This document shows, piece after piece, positions 16,695 to 20,000 of a stretch of 20,000 nucleotides of DNA. The translations under genes were made by a program, and so were the position numbers. Source of the stretch: an uncultured virus (IMG/VR IMGVR_UViG_2667527876_000001) (taxonomy: Duplodnaviria > Heunggongvirae > Uroviricota > Caudoviricetes). The notes below the pieces were generated by a model that made no database searches, was not told where the DNA came from, and was given only the letters and a program-made list of their open reading frames with translations. The DNA lies in IMG/VR virus record IMGVR_UViG_2667527876_000001; one strand, written 5' to 3'. Each line of letters begins with the position of its first letter. The stretch's first letter is position 1.

Positions 16695-17244
16695 CCGCTA
16701 CGAGTGGGTCGTCGCGGCGCTGTCAACCGCCCTGCTGGCCTCGTGTAGCCACTCGGGTATTCAGAGCACCGCAGCGAGCACCACAACCGCAACAACATCC
16801 GCCGTCGCCACCAACGCCAAGGGGCGGCCGACCGTCTCGTACGACCCCTGCAAGCAGATCCCGGCGAGCGTTATCGCTCAGCAGAAGCTAGATCGACGCC
16901 CGCCGCGGCCGAATCGTTCTAGTGACGGAGAGACCGAAAACAACACCTGCGGATACTTGGCGCCAGAGGACTACGGGGTGACGGTAGCTGCGTCGAACTA
17001 CACGCTCGACATGGACAAGAAGACCTATCCGAACTCGACCGCTCTCGATATCGGTGGTCGGCCGGCGCGGAGCTTCTTTCTCTTTGACGGGAACACTGAT
17101 ACCTGCGCTATCGATATCGCGGCGCCTTTCGGTACGTACGGCGTGAAGGTCGACAGCACATCTGGCAAGTTTGGCCAGTTCCCTGATTGCCTCACCGCGG
17201 CACGTGCGCATCTGGATGCGTTCCTGCCGTATTTTCCTGCGTAG
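16684..17244 (+). CDS. DUF3558-like lipoprotein, 186 aa
   Basis: ATG at 16684, lipobox LLAS-C and a Thr-rich linker. Motifs 'YDPCKQIP' and 'IGGRPA', with four conserved-looking Cys. Confidence 0.75.
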   Translation: MATSRYEWVVAALSTALLASCSHSGIQSTAASTTTATTSAVATNAKGRPTVSYDPCKQIPASVIAQQKLDRRPPRPNRSSDGETENNTCGYLAPEDYGVTVAASNYTLDMDKKTYPNSTALDIGGRPARSFFLFDGNTDTCAIDIAAPFGTYGVKVDSTSGKFGQFPDCLTAARAHLDAFLPYFPA

Positions 17245-17321
17245 CAAACGGTTGGACTCTGGCGGGGCACGGTAACTACACGTATAGTTCCCGGATATCC
17301 GTGATCAGAGGGGGGCCTCTC

Positions 17322-17615
17322 ATGCCTGAAGAACCGCTTAGTGTCCATCCCGAGACGTTGATCCGGCAGGCGAATCTGTTGCTGGATGGCATTACCCAAT
17401 CCAAGGTCGAGCACGGCAGGCACCACGACACCCTGGCGTCAGCAGGTGCGGGGATGCTCGATGCCACCAAGGCGGCGCTGGAGAAGGCGCACGAGGCGCT
17501 TGTAGATCAGACGCGCGTGCTTCATCACCAGCTGACCCAGCACGCGGACGGCATGCATGAGTTCACTGGGCTTGCGGTCACCATGGACGAGCAGAATCGG
17601 GTGGGCTTCAAGTGA
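17322..17615 (+). CDS. WXG100/ESX-secretion-associated small protein, 97 aa
   Basis: GAGGGGGG RBS. N-terminal 'LSVHPETL' and C-terminal 'MDEQN' in a roughly 100-aa helical hairpin. The central W is degenerate. Confidence 0.65.
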   Translation: MPEEPLSVHPETLIRQANLLLDGITQSKVEHGRHHDTLASAGAGMLDATKAALEKAHEALVDQTRVLHHQLTQHADGMHEFTGLAVTMDEQNRVGFK

Positions 17616-18982
17616 CCACCTGCGATGGTGTGGAGCATTGGGACGATGAGGGCCTGAAAAACGTCATCGGCACTATGGATGGCATTCACAAGTCCCACGT
17701 CAAGCTCGGCGACACGCTCGACGGTGTGCAGGCCAATCTCGAAAGCTGGGGCGGTCTGACGGCTGAGGCGTGGCGGGCGTATCACGGCAAGATCCGCGTC
17801 GATATCGATGCGCAAGGACACCAGGCAAAGGCCGTCGCGGACAAGCTGCGGCCCTTGTACGACGAAGTTCTGGGCATCAAGAGCCGCTTCCGCTACCTCA
17901 AGTCGACCATCGAAAACAACGGCCACTTCGGCAGCGACGGCCAAATGGTCCACTGGAAACTCAACAACGACGGCACCATCAACACCGGCGGCTCCACCAA
18001 GAGCGCAGACGAAGCATTCGCCAAGCAACAACTCGAAGACGAGATGAAAGCGTTGCTGCACAAGGCAGATGGCGTCGACCAGGAGATCGCAGACGCGCTC
18101 AAAGCCATCACCACGCCGGGCGGTGCAGTGGCGGACGGGCCACACGTCGGGCAGCCCCCAGTGCCGACATCGCCGCACCCAGAACCCAAGCCGGAAGACA
18201 AACCCAAGGCCGACGACGCCACCATCGCCGCCGGCACACTCACCCCGGCCGACCAGCTACCGCTTCCCTCCAAAGACGGAACGGTACCGAGCCTTACGGA
18301 AGCGAATGCACGGCACACAGGGCCGGAGAGCGGTAAAGACTTCCTACACAACAACCCTCGGCCGTCGCCGCTACTTGCGGGGTTGTCGGCGAATGAATGG
18401 CGGCAACGACTGGCCAACTTCAAACCCGGCGACCCGCTGCCCGATCCACGAACTCCCACGGGCGACAAGAACATTGACACCATCGCACATGCCGCCGGGC
18501 AGCAGAACACGACCTACGCCTGGGGCGGCAACCGGGACAAGGACGGCCCCTCTGTCGGCACACTGCAGGGCGACCCGCCGCCCGGAACGCCCGGCGAGGG
18601 GCCACTCGGCGGCGGTGCCCACACCTACCAGGACAATCTGCGAACTGGCTACGACTGCGGCGGTTTGGTCCGCTACTCGCTTGAGCAGGGTGCAGGCATA
18701 GACGTTGACCAGGGCACCAACACTATTGACCGCGGCGGGAGGTTGGAGCGCGTGGCACCACTGGTCCCCGGCGCGACCATCGGCAACGACAACACGCAGG
18801 CGGGCAACATCTTGATATTCGGAGGTTCGCAGCCTTGGGCGGCCAACTGGGACACCACCCACACGGGCATCTACCTCGGCAACGGATACATGATCAATGC
18901 TCCCGGCTCGGGAGACCCGGTACGAGTGGATCCCGTGAAAGGCCATGGCAACGCCGACATCTTGCGGATACCGGGATCATGA
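17612..18982 (+). CDS. Putative ESX-secreted effector: WXG100-like N-terminus, Pro-rich linker, C-terminal NlpC/P60 endopeptidase (456 aa)
   Basis: GTGA coupling with the upstream gene. 'SWGGLTAEAW' WxG motif, and NlpC/P60 motifs YAWGG, GYDCGGLV and HTGIYLGNGYMINAP. No Sec signal peptide. Confidence 0.85.
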   Translation: MTTCDGVEHWDDEGLKNVIGTMDGIHKSHVKLGDTLDGVQANLESWGGLTAEAWRAYHGKIRVDIDAQGHQAKAVADKLRPLYDEVLGIKSRFRYLKSTIENNGHFGSDGQMVHWKLNNDGTINTGGSTKSADEAFAKQQLEDEMKALLHKADGVDQEIADALKAITTPGGAVADGPHVGQPPVPTSPHPEPKPEDKPKADDATIAAGTLTPADQLPLPSKDGTVPSLTEANARHTGPESGKDFLHNNPRPSPLLAGLSANEWRQRLANFKPGDPLPDPRTPTGDKNIDTIAHAAGQQNTTYAWGGNRDKDGPSVGTLQGDPPPGTPGEGPLGGGAHTYQDNLRTGYDCGGLVRYSLEQGAGIDVDQGTNTIDRGGRLERVAPLVPGATIGNDNTQAGNILIFGGSQPWAANWDTTHTGIYLGNGYMINAPGSGDPVRVDPVKGHGNADILRIPGS

Positions 18983-19530
18983 AACGGGCCATCATCGTGC
19001 TGGCGGCCCTGTCTGCGGCCTGTGCCCCGACAACGACGACGGAAACCAAGACCGTCGCTACAACCACTGCGATCAGCGATCCGGCGCTCACCGCCCGATT
19101 CACCAAGGTCTTGTGGCCAACGATCATGGACTACCGGTACTACGGCCAAGGCGACCCACAATCGCCGCCAGGGCCGAATTCCGATATGGCCAAATTCAAG
19201 GCGGTATTAGCACCGGGAGCCACGGTCGATATCAAGCATCGTGCACAGGGCATCGGCGAAGTCCTCGGACCAGATGGGGTAGAACTGGGCGAGACCAATA
19301 ATGTGAATCTCGCAAATACCTCCATCACGGAACTCAAAGGTTCCGATGCGACGGTACTTGCCTGCTACACCTACGATTTCACCGCACGCAGCGAGTACCC
19401 TCACACCAACGACCACGCTGTTCCGGGCGCCTCAGAGGTCACGTTTACCCTGCGCAAGACTACCGACTGGCTCGTGAGCGACATCGCCAACAATCACACG
19501 GTGCCCGACTGCCAACCCAGCAAGGCATAA
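18979..19530 (+). CDS. Lipoprotein, candidate immunity protein (183 aa)
   Basis: ATGA overlap with the effector stop. Signal peptide and lipobox MKRAIIVLAALSAA-C, a Thr-rich tether and two further Cys. Confidence 0.75.
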   Translation: MKRAIIVLAALSAACAPTTTTETKTVATTTAISDPALTARFTKVLWPTIMDYRYYGQGDPQSPPGPNSDMAKFKAVLAPGATVDIKHRAQGIGEVLGPDGVELGETNNVNLANTSITELKGSDATVLACYTYDFTARSEYPHTNDHAVPGASEVTFTLRKTTDWLVSDIANNHTVPDCQPSKA

Positions 19531-19554
19531 GCCGACACGTGACCACACTGATAA

Positions 19555-19626
19555 CTGCCGGCCGATCAAGCCCGTCCTGATTCGGCAGCTTGTAGCGGAA
19601 GCCGAATGCGGGGTTCCGCTAACAAG
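19555..19626. terminator. Two adjacent imperfect hairpins downstream of the ESX cassette
   Basis: CTGCCG(19555-19560)/CGGCAG(19583-19588) and TAGCGGAA(19593-19600)/TTCCGCTA(19614-19621), the latter extended by CTTG/CAAG. Confidence 0.45.
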
Positions 19627-19641
19627 AGCACACCTTTAATA

Positions 19642-19657
19642 TCGAACATGTGTTCGA
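19642..19657. promoter_or_regulatory. LexA (SOS) box overlapping a probable leaderless start
   Basis: TCGAAC-ATGT-GTTCGA matches the mycobacterial LexA consensus TCGAAC(N4)GTTCGA exactly. A TAATAT -10-like hexamer lies at 19637-19642. Confidence 0.88.
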
Positions 19658-20000
19658 AAGGTGGGGCAGCAATCCGCGGTTCCCGACCCTGAAGCGGATC
19701 TATCGGCTGGTGTACGTCAACATGCGCCGGGCTTTGCCAGAGAGCGTGGGTGGAGGTGTCCGGAACCGCAACATCACGGTGCGTGCAGAGGGGCTGCGCA
19801 TCGAGGAATGGATGCGCGGCTACCAGATCGCATGGATGCGGACGCACGATTCGCACTGGATTGGGGTGGTGCAGATCGACGTGCTCAGTGACAACGAGAT
19901 GTCGAGCGTGACGATGACCCTGTGGCTGGCGCCCAGCATGTTCCAGGTCGAGCGGCCGGACGGCTTCTACGAGAATCCGTACCGGCGACGGTACCGATGA
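19650..20000 (+). CDS. Hypothetical protein, probably LexA-regulated (116 aa)
   Basis: GTG start inside the SOS box and TGA stop at 19998-20000. The product is basic and beta-rich, with no recognised family. Confidence 0.65.
   Translation: MFERWGSNPRFPTLKRIYRLVYVNMRRALPESVGGGVRNRNITVRAEGLRIEEWMRGYQIAWMRTHDSHWIGVVQIDVLSDNEMSSVTMTLWLAPSMFQVERPDGFYENPYRRRYR

Noticed and set aside
15774..16698. Two divergent genes (15788 minus, 16684 plus) both begin MATSR
   Set aside because: The similarity stops after five residues and codons differ, so it is most likely coincidence.
17245..17321. TATAGT -10-like hexamer (17283-17288) upstream of the WXG100 gene
   Set aside because: There is no properly spaced -35 element, so it is too weak to call a promoter without TSS data.
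19531..19640. Possible attachment site or tRNA fragment marking the prophage end
   Set aside because: No tRNA-like sequence, integrase or matching direct repeat is visible in the window, so the boundary cannot be located.

Overview
High-GC, phage-derived segment, most likely a temperate siphovirus prophage of a mycobacterium (the gene content resembles Mycobacterium abscessus/chelonae-type prophages; this host assignment is inference). Bases 1-12413 hold the tail module: the 3' part of the tape measure gene with an embedded HxxxxxxD...HxH peptidase-like motif, minor tail genes, a Gly-rich fibre, three paralogous small structural genes, and a tail-chaperone-like frameshift pair that sits downstream of the tail genes. 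Bases 12413-15550 hold the lysis module: two small genes, lysin A (amidase) and a lysin B that appears circularly permuted. Bases 15630-20000 are accessory. They contain two leftward small genes, one encoding a secreted CDGP-motif protein, and a rightward type VII (ESX) cassette: a YxxxE helical protein, a DUF3558-like lipoprotein, a WXG100-like protein, a WXG-linker-NlpC/P60 peptidoglycan-endopeptidase effector and a coupled lipoprotein that is a candidate immunity protein. The window ends with a small gene whose start codon lies inside a perfect LexA (SOS) box. All family assignments come from motif recognition by eye, with no database searches.
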